From: Candidatus Binataceae bacterium | GTDB taxonomy: Bacteria; Desulfobacterota; Binatia; Binatales; Binataceae | Assembly (NCBI GenBank): GCA_015478645.1 | Contig: JADMIL010000004.1 | Location: 34,555-98,554 of the forward strand | DNA: 64,000 nucleotides | Direction: 5' to 3' | Part shown: positions 48,466 through 60,860 of the stretch, in pieces | How positions within the stretch are numbered: position 1 is the first letter of the stretch | Layout: every line of letters starts with the position of its first letter | The notes under the pieces: generated by a model | Databases searched by the model: none | Told to the model about the DNA's origin: nothing | What the model saw: the letters and a program-made list of their open reading frames with translations, nothing else | Translations under genes and position numbers: made by a program

Positions 48466-49287
48466 CTAGCCCGGACGGACCGGCGCCGGCGTCTCCTCGG
48501 CCACCACTTCGACCGACGCGACGCCCTCGACCTGGCGTGCGACGTTGCCGATTAGATCGTCCCACGGCGGCACCAGGCCCGGACCGTTGACGTGCACCGC
48601 GCCGCCGTCGCAATTCACTTCGAGCGGCGCATGGCCGATCTTCGGATGGATCAGCAGCGTGGCGCGGACTTCGGCCGCGAGCGCCAGGTCGCGCATCTGG
48701 CGCCATTGCGCGGGCGTCACCGTGCGATCGATTTCGGCCGCCGCCGCCGCCACCATCCCAATCAGCACCGGCATCGGCGTGTCGAAAGTATTGAGCGTCA
48801 GATGATGCGCGACCGGATCCTCGATATCGACGTTGAACAGGGTCTGGATGCGCGCGCGCACCTCACGATCGTAGTCGCGCACGCGCCGCTCGGCCACCGC
48901 CGGCGTGAGCTTTTCCTCGGCCGCCACTTCGGCCACGCGATGCTTAAGCGGCGCCGACAGGCGCAGGCGCAGGACGCAGCCGAAGTCGGGCGTCAAATGG
49001 GCGACCGACTTGCCGATCACCACGATGCGATCCTGCGCCATGTGCTTGATCGCGGTCGCGCGGAACACCGGAATGAAGCGCGCCGTGTCGGTCTTCAGCC
49101 GCTCCCAGAAATGCGGCCGGCGCTCGTCGACCACCACCAGTTGTTCAGGCGTGACGTGGTAAGTGATCGATGCCTCGTCGATGATCGCCTGCGCGGTCAT
49201 AAAACGGTAGCCAAGATGCTGCGCCAGCAGACGCCCGAACAACTCGCCCCGCGTGCCGAGATGCTGGGTAATCGCGATTACCGCCAT
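48466..49287 (-). CDS. Cytidylate-kinase-like protein with C-terminal BON-like domain
   Basis: IAI....G..G......LA..LG, L.APL..RV, D..R, DP....L.LN; C-terminal V....G.V.V.G..V.GV..V. Confidence 0.7.
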   Translation of the reverse strand: MAVIAITQHLGTRGELFGRLLAQHLGYRFMTAQAIIDEASITYHVTPEQLVVVDERRPHFWERLKTDTARFIPVFRATAIKHMAQDRIVVIGKSVAHLTPDFGCVLRLRLSAPLKHRVAEVAAEEKLTPAVAERRVRDYDREVRARIQTLFNVDIEDPVAHHLTLNTFDTPMPVLIGMVAAAAAEIDRTVTPAQWRQMRDLALAAEVRATLLIHPKIGHAPLEVNCDGGAVHVNGPGLVPPWDDLIGNVARQVEGVASVEVVAEETPAPVRPG

Positions 49288-49384
49288 GGTCTGTCCCCCG
49301 AGCCGGGCTGGTCCCCGTGGCGATAATCTTAGGGCGCGCGCGCGCCTTGCGCAAACCTTAAGGAACCGCAACCGAACGCCCATG

Positions 49385-49448
49385 TGTCATTCTGAGCGCA
49401 GCCAAGAATCCCGGGATTCTTCACGGCGCGGACTTCGTTCAGCATGAC
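49385..49448. repeat. REP-like hairpin related to the MITE core, without IS-like ends
   Basis: TGTCATTCTGAGCGCAGCCAAGAATCCCGGGATTCTT...TTCGTTCAGCATGAC. Confidence 0.7.
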
Positions 49449-49620
49449 CACCTGACCTGCGCGGAAATAGCTTTACGCGCCGGTGATGGAATCCTGCGGC
49501 GGCGCCCGCTAGGATTGTCGCGCCCAACTCTTTAACCCTTGAGCGACGTGGCTGCGTGCGCACGGCGGCGATCGACCCGCCCGGCGGCCCGCGCCCCGGC
49601 ATAACGAAAGACGGATAACG

Positions 49621-50796
49621 ATGGCCCAGAAAAAAGCGCCCGTGGAGCGCGTCGCCGGCGCGCAGATCAATCCGGCCGCGGTGACCGGACGGATGACCGC
49701 GGCCGACCTGGTCGACACCGCCTTTCTCGCCTACAACGGCCGGCGCCTGCGCGACGCCTGCCGCCTGTTCGCGGAAAAAATGCTCGAGGAAGATACGCTC
49801 GTCGGCATGAGCCTGACTGGCGCCCTGACGCCGGCCGGACTCGGCATGTCGTGCCTCATCCCGCTGATCGAAAACGGCTTCGTCGACTGGATGGTCTCGA
49901 CCGGCGCCAACCTCTACCACGACACCCATTTCGGCCTCGGGCTCAAGATGTACCAGGGCTCGGCCGAAGCCGACGATATCGCGCTGCGCAAGGCCGGCGT
50001 CGTGCGCATCTACGATATTTTCTTCGACTACCGCGTGCTGCTCTCGACCGACGCGTTCTTTCGCGAAATCGCGCGCCAGCCGGAGTTCCAGCGCGCGATG
50101 GGCACGGCGGAGTTTCATTACATGGCCGGCCGCTACGTCGCCGAACGCGAGCGCGTGCTCAAGCTCGATCGGCGCTCGCTGCTGGCGGCGGCCTACAAGC
50201 AGGCGCTGCCGATCTACACTTCGTCGCCCGGCGACTCCTCGATCGGCATGAACCTGGCCGCGCTCGAGCTCGAGGGCTACGAGTTGCGGCTGGACCCGCT
50301 GGCCGACGTCAACGAGACCGCGGCGATCGTCTACGCGGCCAAATCGGCCGGGCTCAAGAGCGCGGTCTTTATCCTGGGCGGCGGATCGCCCAAGAATTTC
50401 ATCCTGCAGACCGAGCCGCAGATCCAGGAGGTGATGGGCGTGGCCGAAAAGGGCCACGACTATTTCCTCCAGGTGACCGACGCGCGCCCCGACACCGGCG
50501 GACTCTCCGGCGCGACTCCCAACGAGGCCGTGAGCTGGGGCAAGATCGACCCCGATCGGTTGCCCGACTCGGTCGTCTGCTACGTCGATTCGACGGTCGC
50601 GCTGCCGCTGATCACGGCCTACGCGCTGGCCCGGCGCAAGGCGCGCAAGCCGCGCCGCCTGCTCGAGCGGCGCGAAGAGATGATGGCGCATCTGACGGAC
50701 GCCTACGCCAAGGTGCTGCGCAAGCGCGGCGCCGCCGAGGCGGCAAAATCCGCGCGGGGCAAAACCGCGGCGCGCAAGCGGCCAACCTCGGCTTAA
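49621..50796 (+). CDS. Deoxyhypusine-synthase-like (homospermidine synthesis, SpeY-type) protein
   Basis: [40 protein letters not shown] with catalytic Lys. Confidence 0.88.
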   Translation: MAQKKAPVERVAGAQINPAAVTGRMTAADLVDTAFLAYNGRRLRDACRLFAEKMLEEDTLVGMSLTGALTPAGLGMSCLIPLIENGFVDWMVSTGANLYHDTHFGLGLKMYQGSAEADDIALRKAGVVRIYDIFFDYRVLLSTDAFFREIARQPEFQRAMGTAEFHYMAGRYVAERERVLKLDRRSLLAAAYKQALPIYTSSPGDSSIGMNLAALELEGYELRLDPLADVNETAAIVYAAKSAGLKSAVFILGGGSPKNFILQTEPQIQEVMGVAEKGHDYFLQVTDARPDTGGLSGATPNEAVSWGKIDPDRLPDSVVCYVDSTVALPLITAYALARRKARKPRRLLERREEMMAHLTDAYAKVLRKRGAAEAAKSARGKTAARKRPTSA

Positions 50797-50805
50797 CGGT
50801 AATTC

Positions 50806-51620
<815 letters not shown>

Positions 51621-51624
<4 letters not shown>

Positions 51625-52916
51625 ATTTTGCGCTCGCCGCTGGCCATCGCGAGGTAGCAAATTGCGCCGATCGTGTAGATCGCCGCAGTGAGAAAGAACG
51701 CCGCCGAAAACGACTTGGTCGCCTCGACGATAAATCCGGTCGCCGCCACGCCGACGATCCCGGGCAGCGTCGCCGCCGTGTTCGACATCCCCATCAGGAT
51801 TCCCGCGTAGCGCGGCGCTACGTCCAAATGATTCACCGCGAAGGCGCCCGAGCCGATCGCCGTGCCGCCGATCGAGAGCGTCACCAGCGCGATCGCCATC
51901 TCGGGCGTGCGCGCCGAGGGCAGCGCGAGCAGCGGGATCGCGCCAACCATAAATGCGGTCGTCTGAAACAGCTTGCGCACGGTGGTCAGGCCGACGCCGC
52001 GGCGATGAATCCCGTCGGCCATCCAGCCGCTCAAGTTCTGCATGCAGAACGCGACGATCCACGGAATCACGGAGAAAAATCCCAGCCGCGCCATCGGCAC
52101 GCCAAAAGTCTTGCTCAAATAGGTCGGCAGCCACAGCAGGACGATATAGAAGCCAAAGTTGTTGCAGGTATGCGCGATGATGATCGCCCAGACCGCCTTC
52201 TCGCGCAGGATTGTGCTCCACGGAATGCGGTCGGCGAGACTGACTTCGCCGCGGCCCGCGTCGATCAGCGCAAGCTCGTCGGGCGCCACGCCGGGACATT
52301 TCTCCGGACCGTCGGCGGCCTTGATATACCACGCGGCCAGCCACACGATTCCGGTCGCGCCCGAGATATAGAAGACCGACGGCCAGCCGAAGCCAATCAC
52401 CAGGGCCGGGCTGATCAGCAGCGCGACCACGGTGCCGAAGGCGACCCCGCTGAAATGCAGCGAGATTGCCCGCGCGCGCTCGGCGGCGATCGTCCAGCGC
52501 GCGGCGATACTGTGCACGGCCGGGAAATGCACCGCCTCGCCGGCGCCCAGCAACACGCGCATCGCCAGCAGCACGCCAAACGAGATCGACGCGGCGGGCG
52601 GCGTCAGCAGCGTCGCGATCGACCAGGTGGCCACGCCGGCGGCCAGGATACGCTTGCCGCCGAACCGATCGGCCATCCATCCGCCGAGCATCTGTAGCCA
52701 CAGATAGCCCCAGAAAAACGACGACAGGATCAGTCCCTGCTTGCCCGAATCGTAACCGCGAGCGCGCGCCAGCGGGATAATCGCAATCGAGATATTGACG
52801 CGGTCGACGTAGCAGAGCGCGGTCGCCAGCGCGAACAGCACGACGATCGTATAGCGCCGCGGCCACGCCCACGCCGGCGCAATCGCCTCCGCGATCGGAA
52901 TTGACGGTTCTGCCAT
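51621..52916 (-). CDS. MFS transporter, ACS family
   Basis: CY.DRVN.S.AI, SSFF.GY...Q..GG..ADRFG.K, WLPTY, N.LD.AP.YAG..MG.SNT. Confidence 0.92.
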
Positions 52917-53065
52917 GCCGTGCTCTCCCCCGCCGCGAGCTTAGCCACGCGCCCGTCGATTTACCATCGTGGAGCGCGCGCGCCGCCGGCGCGAGTATGG
53001 TTCGAGGCGGCATGCCGGCGCGGCGATCACGGAGCGCGCGGCGCGTTATGCTAACCTCGCCCACG

Positions 53066-54019
53066 ATGGCGCGCGTGTCGGTAATTATCCCGGTCTTCAA
53101 TGGCGCGGCGACGGTCGGCCGGGCGATCGCCAGCGCGCTCGCCCAAAGCTACGACGGCAGCCTCGAGGTGATCGCCGTCAATGACGGCTCGACCGACGCG
53201 ACCGCCGAAGTGCTCGCCGGCTTCGGCGATCGCCTCCGCGTGATCGATCAGGACAATCGCGGGCCGGCCGCCGCGCGCAACGCCGGTGCGTTGGCCGCGC
53301 ACGGCGAGTATCTGGCCTTCCTCGATGCCGACGACGAATGGCTGGACGGAATGCTCGCCGCGACCGTGCCGATCCTCGACGCCAATCCGGCCGTGGTGCT
53401 GGTCTTTTGCGACGCCCTTGCGGTCGACGCCGCCGGCCATCCGGCGGGCGAAACCTACGTCACCCCCGCTTGCGCCCACGCCCCTTCGATGGCGGAACTG
53501 CTCGAGCGCTGGTGGCCGATCATACCGAGTACCACCGTGATGCGCCGGGCGGCCTTTGCTGCCTGCGGCGGCTTCGCCGAGGAGTTCCGCTCGGCCGCTT
53601 ACGAAGACCCCTATCTCTTTCTGCTCGCGCGCGAGCAGGGCGAGTTTGCCTACGTGCCGCGTGCGCTGGTGCGCTATCGCCATCAATCGCCGGGCACGCG
53701 GATGGAAAAATACGTGCGCTCGCGCGAGGTCTTTATCCGCCGGGTGAGCGAGCGCTACGGTGACCGCGCGCGCGGTCTGATCCGAGGCACGCAGCGCGCC
53801 TATGCCAGTGCGCTCGGCTACGAGGGATTGATCGCGATGCGAGCGGGCGATCGGCTCGCGGCGCGGCGCTATTTCGCCCGCGCGATCCGCGAACGGCCAC
53901 TCGACCTCAAGCATGCATTGCGCCTGCTGCGCACCTTTTTGCCGGCGGCGCTGGCGCGCGCACTCAGCGGGCGCACCGGCCGCGCCCCGGCCGCCTCGGC
54001 GCGGCGCGCCGGGCCGTGA
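53066..54019 (+). CDS. Glycosyltransferase family 2 (paralog of 32476-33408)
   Basis: MARVSVIIPVFNG, DGSTD, ARN.GA, FLDADD, WPIIPS..VMRR. Confidence 0.93.
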   Translation: MARVSVIIPVFNGAATVGRAIASALAQSYDGSLEVIAVNDGSTDATAEVLAGFGDRLRVIDQDNRGPAAARNAGALAAHGEYLAFLDADDEWLDGMLAATVPILDANPAVVLVFCDALAVDAAGHPAGETYVTPACAHAPSMAELLERWWPIIPSTTVMRRAAFAACGGFAEEFRSAAYEDPYLFLLAREQGEFAYVPRALVRYRHQSPGTRMEKYVRSREVFIRRVSERYGDRARGLIRGTQRAYASALGYEGLIAMRAGDRLAARRYFARAIRERPLDLKHALRLLRTFLPAALARALSGRTGRAPAASARRAGP

Positions 54020-54055
54020 ACCGCCGCGGCACCGGCCTCATCCGCGCGATCGGCC

Positions 54056-55072
54056 TCAGCCGTTGATCTGCTTGCAGACCTTGCGCCAGGTGGCGTCGTC
54101 GAAGGCACTCTTGTACGGCACGTAAAAGCCCACCCGGTCGAGCAATCCGTCGAACCGCTCGCGCACCTTCTCGGCGATATTTTCGTAGGTGCCGGTGACC
54201 GCGTACACCTCGAGCATCTCGTCGGTGATCAGCTTCGGCATAGCGGCCCAATCGCCCTTGGCGGCAAGCTCGTTGAGCTTGGGCGCGACGTCGCCCCAGC
54301 CGTGGGTCTCGAGCACGATCTGGTAGGTACGGGTCGAGGCGTAAAACGAGATCTGCTGGCGCACGCCGGCGCGCGCGCGTTCGATTTCGTCCTGGTTGCG
54401 CCCAACGATCACGAACGGCGTGGTCGTGATCGCAAAATCCTTGCGCGCGCGGCCGGCCTTCTTGAGCCCCTCGTTAACGTGCGGCAGCACGTACTCGCGC
54501 AGATACTTGGCCGAGGTAAACGGATGGGCGTGCAGGCCGTCGCACAGCTCGCCGGCCATGCGCAGGATCAGATTGTTGAGGCCGGCAATATAGATCGGAA
54601 TGTCGTAATTGTGCGGCTTGGGCGCAAAGAACGGCGTCATCAGCGAGAAATTGTAATACTTGCCCGCGTAGGTGAGCTTCTTGCCGCCCTCCTGCCAGCA
54701 TTTGAAGATGGCGCGCAGCGACTCGATATATTCGCGCAGCTTGGGCACCGGCGGCTCCCATTTGAAGCCGTAACGGCGCTCGATATGGCCTTTGACCTGC
54801 GTGCCGAGGCCAAGGATGAAGCGTCCCTTCGAGAGCGCGGCGAGATCCCACGAGGCGTAGGCGATCGACATCGGGCTGCGTGGAAAGGCGATCGCCACGG
54901 CCGGTCCCAGCTTCACCCGGCTGGTATGTTCCGCGGCCAGAGCGAGCGGCAGAAAGCCGTCATTGCCGGCCTCCATCGACCAGACCGCATCGAAGCCCTG
55001 GTCCTCGGCGAGTTTCGCCGCCGCCGGCACTTCGCTCAGATCGCGCGTGGTGAGCGTGGTATCAAGCTTCAT
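54056..55072 (-). CDS. F420-dependent LLM oxidoreductase (TIGR03617-like)
   Basis: AIAFPRSPM, GRF.LGLG.Q.K.HI..R, GE.CDG..HP, QI.FYAST..Y. Confidence 0.88.
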   Translation of the reverse strand: MKLDTTLTTRDLSEVPAAAKLAEDQGFDAVWSMEAGNDGFLPLALAAEHTSRVKLGPAVAIAFPRSPMSIAYASWDLAALSKGRFILGLGTQVKGHIERRYGFKWEPPVPKLREYIESLRAIFKCWQEGGKKLTYAGKYYNFSLMTPFFAPKPHNYDIPIYIAGLNNLILRMAGELCDGLHAHPFTSAKYLREYVLPHVNEGLKKAGRARKDFAITTTPFVIVGRNQDEIERARAGVRQQISFYASTRTYQIVLETHGWGDVAPKLNELAAKGDWAAMPKLITDEMLEVYAVTGTYENIAEKVRERFDGLLDRVGFYVPYKSAFDDATWRKVCKQING

Positions 55073-55339
55073 CGCAGACCGCCTCCGTCAAATGGCTGGG
55101 AAAGCGCACGCATCCTAACAGATGGGCGAGCGGGCTGAAAAGGCAATCCGCCGCAGCCCGCGCCGCGCTATCGCCGGTATCTGACAATCGGATTGTGGGG
55201 ACCGTGGGAATCCGTTGCATGAGGCTGCGACCAGAAGCAGTCAAAAAGTTGACCTTGATTAACGTATTTGGCAGATGCGAGCGATTTTGATAAGCAACTA
55301 TCCATCGCCAGCCAACCAGACCGCTAATCCAGGATTGGT

Positions 55340-56797
55340 ATGATGCCGATGAATGCAAACCCACCCCGGTCCAAAACACATCACTTGCTGGTCATGTCGA
55401 TGGTAGCGCTGTTCACGGCGATGACGCTGACGCGATGCAAATGCCTATCAGACCTGGTGGGTCTTAAGCTCCAGTATCAGGTCGAATTTGCTTCTGAAGT
55501 GCCCGCCGCCGCGGATTCTTCGGCCCTGCTCGCCAAGCACAAGACGTTTGCCAAACCCCTGCCCGGGGACGTTGTCGTATTCGGCGGCGCCAAAGCCTTC
55601 ACTAAGACGATCGCCAACGCCGAGTTCTACAATCCGCTAACCCAAAAATGGACGGCTACCGCGCCGCTGCCCGCAGCCGGAGCGGGCTCGTTAGCCACGG
55701 AGCTCGGTATTCCGCTCGCGGGCCAGATATTCCTGGGCCAGGATGTGGTCGGCAAAATCACCATACCGCACGGCAAACTTACCATAAACGTCACCGCGAA
55801 TAACGCCGAACTTTTCAACCCGTCTGGACCGTCGTTCGGTTCTCTAGGCCAATTTATCGATCCTCGGGCCGGGTATACCCAGACGCTGCTGCCCAACGGC
55901 ATGGTGCTCATCACCGGTGGCATCGACGCGTCGCGCGCGCCGACCAACACGGCGGAAATCTTCGATCCCGCGACCTCGACATTCACCGCGACCGGCAACA
56001 TGACGATGCCACGCGCGCTGCATACCGCAACCCTGCTCAACGACGGCACGGTGCTGATCGCCGGTGGAGTGACCGATACGGCCAATGACACGACGGACAC
56101 CGCCGAGATTTATGATCCCACCGCGGGCACCTTCACCGCCCTGTTGGCGACCATGTCTATTACCGTGAACAACCCTCCAACCAGCGTGAACGTCGCGGGC
56201 CATACGGCGACCCTGATTTCCTGCGGCGGCTGCGCGATCGACGGCGACGTGTTAATCGCCGGTGGCTATGAAGGATTCGCGTCCACTCCATCAACGAGTG
56301 GCAACACTGCCGTGCTCTACGATTCGGCTTTGCAAAGCTTCATTACGCCAACCGGTCAGATGACCGACTCCCGCACCTTCCATACGGCGACGGCGCTGCC
56401 CGGCGGGAAAGTCCTGCTGGCGGGCGGAATCTACGGCCAGGCTGAGATCGGTAGTGGCAGCGCCGCGTTTGGAATCTTTGGCGGGGTGCTCAATTCCGCG
56501 GAGATATTCGATCCGGCTACCGAAACCTTCACCTGCGTCAATGGGGGCAGCACAACCGCATGTAACAAAAGCATGGTAAACAGCCGCGCCGGCCACAGTG
56601 CGATCGTTTTTACCTCGGGTTCAATTGCGGGCGAGGTGCTGTTGGCGGGTGGCATGGGCGGAAAGACCGCAACCACCCGCGGCCATGCCTCCGCGCTAAA
56701 GACCGCTGAGCTCTACGACCCGGTGGCCAATAAGTTCACCACGACCGGGAGTATGCTCTCGGCCCGCAGCGCCTTCGCCGCCATCCTGCTGCAATAA
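55340..56797 (+). CDS. Kelch/galactose-oxidase-type beta-propeller protein
   Basis: Repeated R..HTATLL.DG.VLIAGG...AEIYDP....F..TG.M; hydrophobic N-terminus. Confidence 0.88.
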   Translation: MMPMNANPPRSKTHHLLVMSMVALFTAMTLTRCKCLSDLVGLKLQYQVEFASEVPAAADSSALLAKHKTFAKPLPGDVVVFGGAKAFTKTIANAEFYNPLTQKWTATAPLPAAGAGSLATELGIPLAGQIFLGQDVVGKITIPHGKLTINVTANNAELFNPSGPSFGSLGQFIDPRAGYTQTLLPNGMVLITGGIDASRAPTNTAEIFDPATSTFTATGNMTMPRALHTATLLNDGTVLIAGGVTDTANDTTDTAEIYDPTAGTFTALLATMSITVNNPPTSVNVAGHTATLISCGGCAIDGDVLIAGGYEGFASTPSTSGNTAVLYDSALQSFITPTGQMTDSRTFHTATALPGGKVLLAGGIYGQAEIGSGSAAFGIFGGVLNSAEIFDPATETFTCVNGGSTTACNKSMVNSRAGHSAIVFTSGSIAGEVLLAGGMGGKTATTRGHASALKTAELYDPVANKFTTTGSMLSARSAFAAILLQ

Positions 56798-56845
56798 CGG
56801 TGCAGCCGGCGCCCCACGGCGCGAACACCCTGATTGCGCGGCGCC

Positions 56846-57655
56846 TCATGAGGCGGCCGCATCCAGGATCGCCAAAGCGCAGGCCGGGTAATCCGTGATA
56901 ATTCCGTCGGCGCCGGCCGCAAGCATCGCGCGCATCGCGGACGCGTCGTTGACCGTCCAGACGTGGACCTCGACGCCCAGGCGATGCGCCGCGGCGACGC
57001 TCTCCGCCGTGACGATCTTCCATCCCTCATGCTCGGGCGGCACCTGTAGCGCGTCTCCGCGCGGGACCAGCGGTGGCGCGCCCGGCGCCAGCGACATCAT
57101 GAACGCGGCGACCTCGGGCGTCGGGAAATTGGTCGGCAGCGACGGTGCGGCGGCGCGAACCTCGTCGATCGGCCCCTGAAGTTCACTCGCAATCAGCACC
57201 CGCCGGCCCATCGCGGCGCGATCGATCACGTCGAGCAGCGCCGGCACAAGGCTCGGTCTTGTCTGCTTGATCTCGACGATAAAGTGCTGGCCTGGGCACG
57301 CGGCAAAGACCTCCGCGAGCTCGGGAACGCGAATCCCGCGGCCGCGAAATGGAAACCCGGCGACCCCCGCCGGAGCGAAGTTATGGGCCGCGTCAATCGT
57401 GCTCAGCTCGGCCAGCGTGAGCTCGCGAATCAGGCCGCCCCGCCCGGCGACCCGGCCTAGGTCCTCGTCGTGCGCGACGACCACGCGGCCCTCGCGCGTC
57501 ATCCGCACGTCCAGCTCGATATAGGGCGCGCCCAGGTCGCGGGCGGCCGCAAACGCAATCAGCGTATTTTCAGGATAGTCGCCGCTGGCACCGCGATGGG
57601 CGATCGCGCGGGGCGGCGATTCGGCGAAAAAATCGGTGGCAAGACCGGGGCGCAT
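56846..57655 (-). CDS. Glycerophosphodiester phosphodiesterase
   Basis: AHRGASG..PENT..AF, ELDV, HD, EIK, WTVN, GIITDYP. Confidence 0.93.
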   Translation of the reverse strand: MRPGLATDFFAESPPRAIAHRGASGDYPENTLIAFAAARDLGAPYIELDVRMTREGRVVVAHDEDLGRVAGRGGLIRELTLAELSTIDAAHNFAPAGVAGFPFRGRGIRVPELAEVFAACPGQHFIVEIKQTRPSLVPALLDVIDRAAMGRRVLIASELQGPIDEVRAAAPSLPTNFPTPEVAAFMMSLAPGAPPLVPRGDALQVPPEHEGWKIVTAESVAAAHRLGVEVHVWTVNDASAMRAMLAAGADGIITDYPACALAILDAAAS

Positions 57656-57715
57656 CGCTGGAGCGTTTCGATCCGTCGCGAGCGGTTGGGGAGTTTATTA
57701 ATCCAATCGAATCGA

Positions 57716-59182
57716 TCAGGGGGCGCCAGGCGCGCCAACCGCGACCACGCGCATCGCCGCAGGCCGCGCACCCGGGGCCGTAGCGCTCGCCGGGCTGACA
57801 CCGGAACTCGCGGCGACACCTGGCCCGTCGGCCCCGCGCGCGAGCGCCGTGCTGGCGCCATGGCCGACCATGAAATGGCTGCCGAACTCGGGCATCCGGT
57901 CGAACGCCGCCATATATTCCTGCTTGAAGCGCTCGAACACCGAGCGCATCCGCGGCGACACATGATGATTCTCGCCGAGGCTCTGGGTCATCGGATTGAC
58001 GAACTGGCCGTTCTTTTCCATCGCAAAATGGAGATGCGGCCCGGTCGACAGGCCGCTGGTCCCGACCCGTCCAATCACTTCGCCGACGCGCACGGCGCAT
58101 CCCGGCGTCAGCCCCGCGGTAATCGTGGAGAGATGGCCATAGATGCTGACCATGCCACCCTCATGCTGGATGCGGACGCAACGCCCGAGCTCGCCGCACC
58201 ATCCGGCGCTCTCGAGGCGGCCGTCGCCGATCGCCTTGACCGGTGTGCCGTATTGGGCCGCCAGGTCGACGCCGACGTGAGGCCGGTACTCGTGCAGGAT
58301 CGGATGGTAGCGATGGAAGGAGAAGCCCGACGAGATGTATTGAAATTTAAGCGGAAAGCGTAATGCCTGCGGACCCAGAACGAGCCCATCGGCGTCGTAG
58401 AGATGGGAGAGACCGTTCTCGTCGCGAAAGGCAAAGGCGGTCAGCGTCTTGTCGCCGAAATGAATCTGCGCCGCCTCGAGCCCGGTCACGGTATGCGAAG
58501 TGCCGTCGCGGCTGACCCGCTCCTGGTAGATGAGCTTGACGTCCGATCCGCGCGGCAGGGCGCTCAGCGGATGGCGATCGCGGAAGGCGTCCTGCAGGGT
58601 AACGATGATCGGTTGCGGCAGGTCGTTGAGCGCGGCGGCGCGCGAAAAGTCGCCGTTGAGCTGAAAGGCAACCGCGACCGGCCTTGTCACATATTTGATC
58701 AAGTCTTGTGACGCCCGAATGACCCCTTCGCCGTAGGTCTGCTCGCGCACGGCGATGCGATCATCGAGATTGTACTTGAGTTCGCGCAAGGTACCGTCTT
58801 CGGGATCTTTGTACAGGGTCAGCGAATGGCCCTGCTGGAGGCTCCGGCTGGCGCTGGTCTTCGCAAAGAATGAAGCCCAGCGCTGGGCTTCATCGCGATC
58901 CAGCCCCGCCTCCTCGAGATAATCGAGCACCGGCGCGGTGCGATCAATCTGTAGCGTAATAACCACCGGTTCGGGCGCGGCCCGGACCACCGCCGGCTCG
59001 TCAACGTACTCGCGATCGATTCGCCCGGCGACGGCGTCAAGCTGATGGGTCACACTGTACGGAGCTGTGTCGCGATCGGTAGCGGTAACGAACAGCCGCA
59101 CCGAGGCGACCGTCGCGAACGTGGCCACGATGACAGCGGTAATGACCCTCAGCCGGAGGCTGCCCTGGTTCATCCGACGCAT
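57716..59182 (-). CDS. M23 family peptidoglycan endopeptidase (MepM/Csd-like)
   Basis: SS.F...R.HPI....PHVGVDL (HxxxD), YGHL, G.VG.SG.STGPHLH. Confidence 0.93.
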   Translation of the reverse strand: MRRMNQGSLRLRVITAVIVATFATVASVRLFVTATDRDTAPYSVTHQLDAVAGRIDREYVDEPAVVRAAPEPVVITLQIDRTAPVLDYLEEAGLDRDEAQRWASFFAKTSASRSLQQGHSLTLYKDPEDGTLRELKYNLDDRIAVREQTYGEGVIRASQDLIKYVTRPVAVAFQLNGDFSRAAALNDLPQPIIVTLQDAFRDRHPLSALPRGSDVKLIYQERVSRDGTSHTVTGLEAAQIHFGDKTLTAFAFRDENGLSHLYDADGLVLGPQALRFPLKFQYISSGFSFHRYHPILHEYRPHVGVDLAAQYGTPVKAIGDGRLESAGWCGELGRCVRIQHEGGMVSIYGHLSTITAGLTPGCAVRVGEVIGRVGTSGLSTGPHLHFAMEKNGQFVNPMTQSLGENHHVSPRMRSVFERFKQEYMAAFDRMPEFGSHFMVGHGASTALARGADGPGVAASSGVSPASATAPGARPAAMRVVAVGAPGAP

Positions 59183-59302
59183 CGCGGGTCAGGCTACGAT
59201 ACGGGAATATGACAAGCAACCCCCGCGCGGGTGTTTATTCACAGATATAATCTGTATGGTGATTGGCAAAAGCGTGCGCGTTAATATTAGTCTTACTACT
59301 AG

Positions 59303-59740
59303 ATGTCTATAGCTGCTCTGGACCTTGGCCGACGCCGTATCGGCTTGGCCATCGCCGATGATGACGGCCTCGCGGCGCATCCGCTGGGCGCAATCGAACG
59401 CCGTTCAATCCGTCGCGACATCGAACAATTGATCGTCCGTATGGCCGGCTACGAAGTCACCCGGGTGGTCGTCGGCCTGCCGCTCAACATGGACGGATCG
59501 GCCGGCCCGGGCGCCCGCATGGCCGAGGCCTTCGCCGCGCATCTGCGCCAGGCGACCGGGCTGATAGTCGATCTGTTCGACGAACGGCTGACCAGTTTCG
59601 AAGCGGAGGAGCGGCTCAAGGAGATCGGCGGGCGCGGTCTGCGCAACAAGGCCGCGATCGACGCGGTCGCGGCCTGCGTGATTCTCGAAGGATGGATCGA
59701 ACAGCGGCGGCGCGCGATGACGGGAAAGCCGCGCGCTTGA
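59303..59740 (+). CDS. ruvX: YqgF/RuvX RNase H-fold nuclease
   Basis: LDLG.RRIG.A, VVGLPLNMDG, DERLTS, D.VAA..IL. Confidence 0.95.
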   Translation: MSIAALDLGRRRIGLAIADDDGLAAHPLGAIERRSIRRDIEQLIVRMAGYEVTRVVVGLPLNMDGSAGPGARMAEAFAAHLRQATGLIVDLFDERLTSFEAEERLKEIGGRGLRNKAAIDAVAACVILEGWIEQRRRAMTGKPRA

Positions 59741-59810
59741 CGGGAGAGCCTTAGCACGCGGCGATCGCCTCCGCACATGCAAACGACTTCTGTTAGTCTG
59801 AGTTGCGGTG

Positions 59811-60824
59811 ATGAAACGGATCGCATCGGCATTGGCGGTGCTTGCGCTGATCGCGGTCGTCGGCCTGCTCGCGGTGTGGCACGTGGTGCAGGCGCCGACG
59901 GCGGTCTTCGCCCCGCCGCGCGTCGTCTCGTTCCGTCCGGGCGACTCGATGACGATCGCGGCGCGGCGGCTCGCGACCGCCGGCGTGGTGCGCAGCGCGA
60001 CGCTCTTTGCGATCTATGCGGAGCTCAGCGGGCGAGCCAATCGGCTGCAGCCGGGCGACTACGCCTTCAAGGGCGGCGAGGCGATGCCGCAGGTGCTCGC
60101 GCATCTGAACAACGGCGATTACATGGTCGTGACCGTGGTGATTCCAGAAGGTATGACGGTGCGCCAGATTGGCGAGCGACTCGAACAGGCGGGCCTGGTT
60201 TGCGACTATGACTTCGACGACGGGGCGCGCCGCGGCGCGCTGCCCCAGGCGCTCGGGCTGGGTCCGCTGGGGGCGGAGGGCTACCTGTTCCCGGCGACCT
60301 ACCGCTTCTCGCCGCTGGCCCGGATGAACGACATTCTGGCGGCGATGCTCGGGCGGTTCTTCGCGATCCTGACGCCGGCGGTCGAGGAGCGGCTGTTCGA
60401 GTTGAATTTGAGCACGCGCGAGATGGTGACGATGGCCTCGATGGTCGAGAAAGAGGCCAAGGCGCCCGGCGAGCGGCCGCTGATCGCAAGCGTCTTTTAC
60501 AATCGTCTGCGGATCGGGATGCCGCTGCAATCCGACCCCACGGCGCAATACAATACCCAGGGCGTGACCGAGCGCGCGGCGACGGCGGTGCGCATCCCGT
60601 CGGCCTTTAACACCTACGCGATTGCGGGCCTGCCGCCGGGGCCGATCGCCAATCCGGGACTCTCGTCGATTCGCGCGGCGCTCTATCCCGCGCATACCGA
60701 TTACCTGTATTTTGTTGCACGCAATGACGGCACGCATATCTTTTCGCGCTCGTTCGCGGAGCATCAACGGGCGATTGCGGAAATCAAACGAATGACGGCG
60801 CATCCGCACGTCCCCAACGGCTAG
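59811..60824 (+). CDS. mltG: Endolytic transglycosylase MltG
   Basis: V.IPEG, EGYLFP.TY, ASMVEKE, VFYNRL, LQSDPT, GLPPGPIANPG, YLYFV. Confidence 0.96.
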   Translation: MKRIASALAVLALIAVVGLLAVWHVVQAPTAVFAPPRVVSFRPGDSMTIAARRLATAGVVRSATLFAIYAELSGRANRLQPGDYAFKGGEAMPQVLAHLNNGDYMVVTVVIPEGMTVRQIGERLEQAGLVCDYDFDDGARRGALPQALGLGPLGAEGYLFPATYRFSPLARMNDILAAMLGRFFAILTPAVEERLFELNLSTREMVTMASMVEKEAKAPGERPLIASVFYNRLRIGMPLQSDPTAQYNTQGVTERAATAVRIPSAFNTYAIAGLPPGPIANPGLSSIRAALYPAHTDYLYFVARNDGTHIFSRSFAEHQRAIAEIKRMTAHPHVPNG

Positions 60825-60860
60825 CCGGCCGGAGCAACTTCCCGCATTCCGGATCGCAAA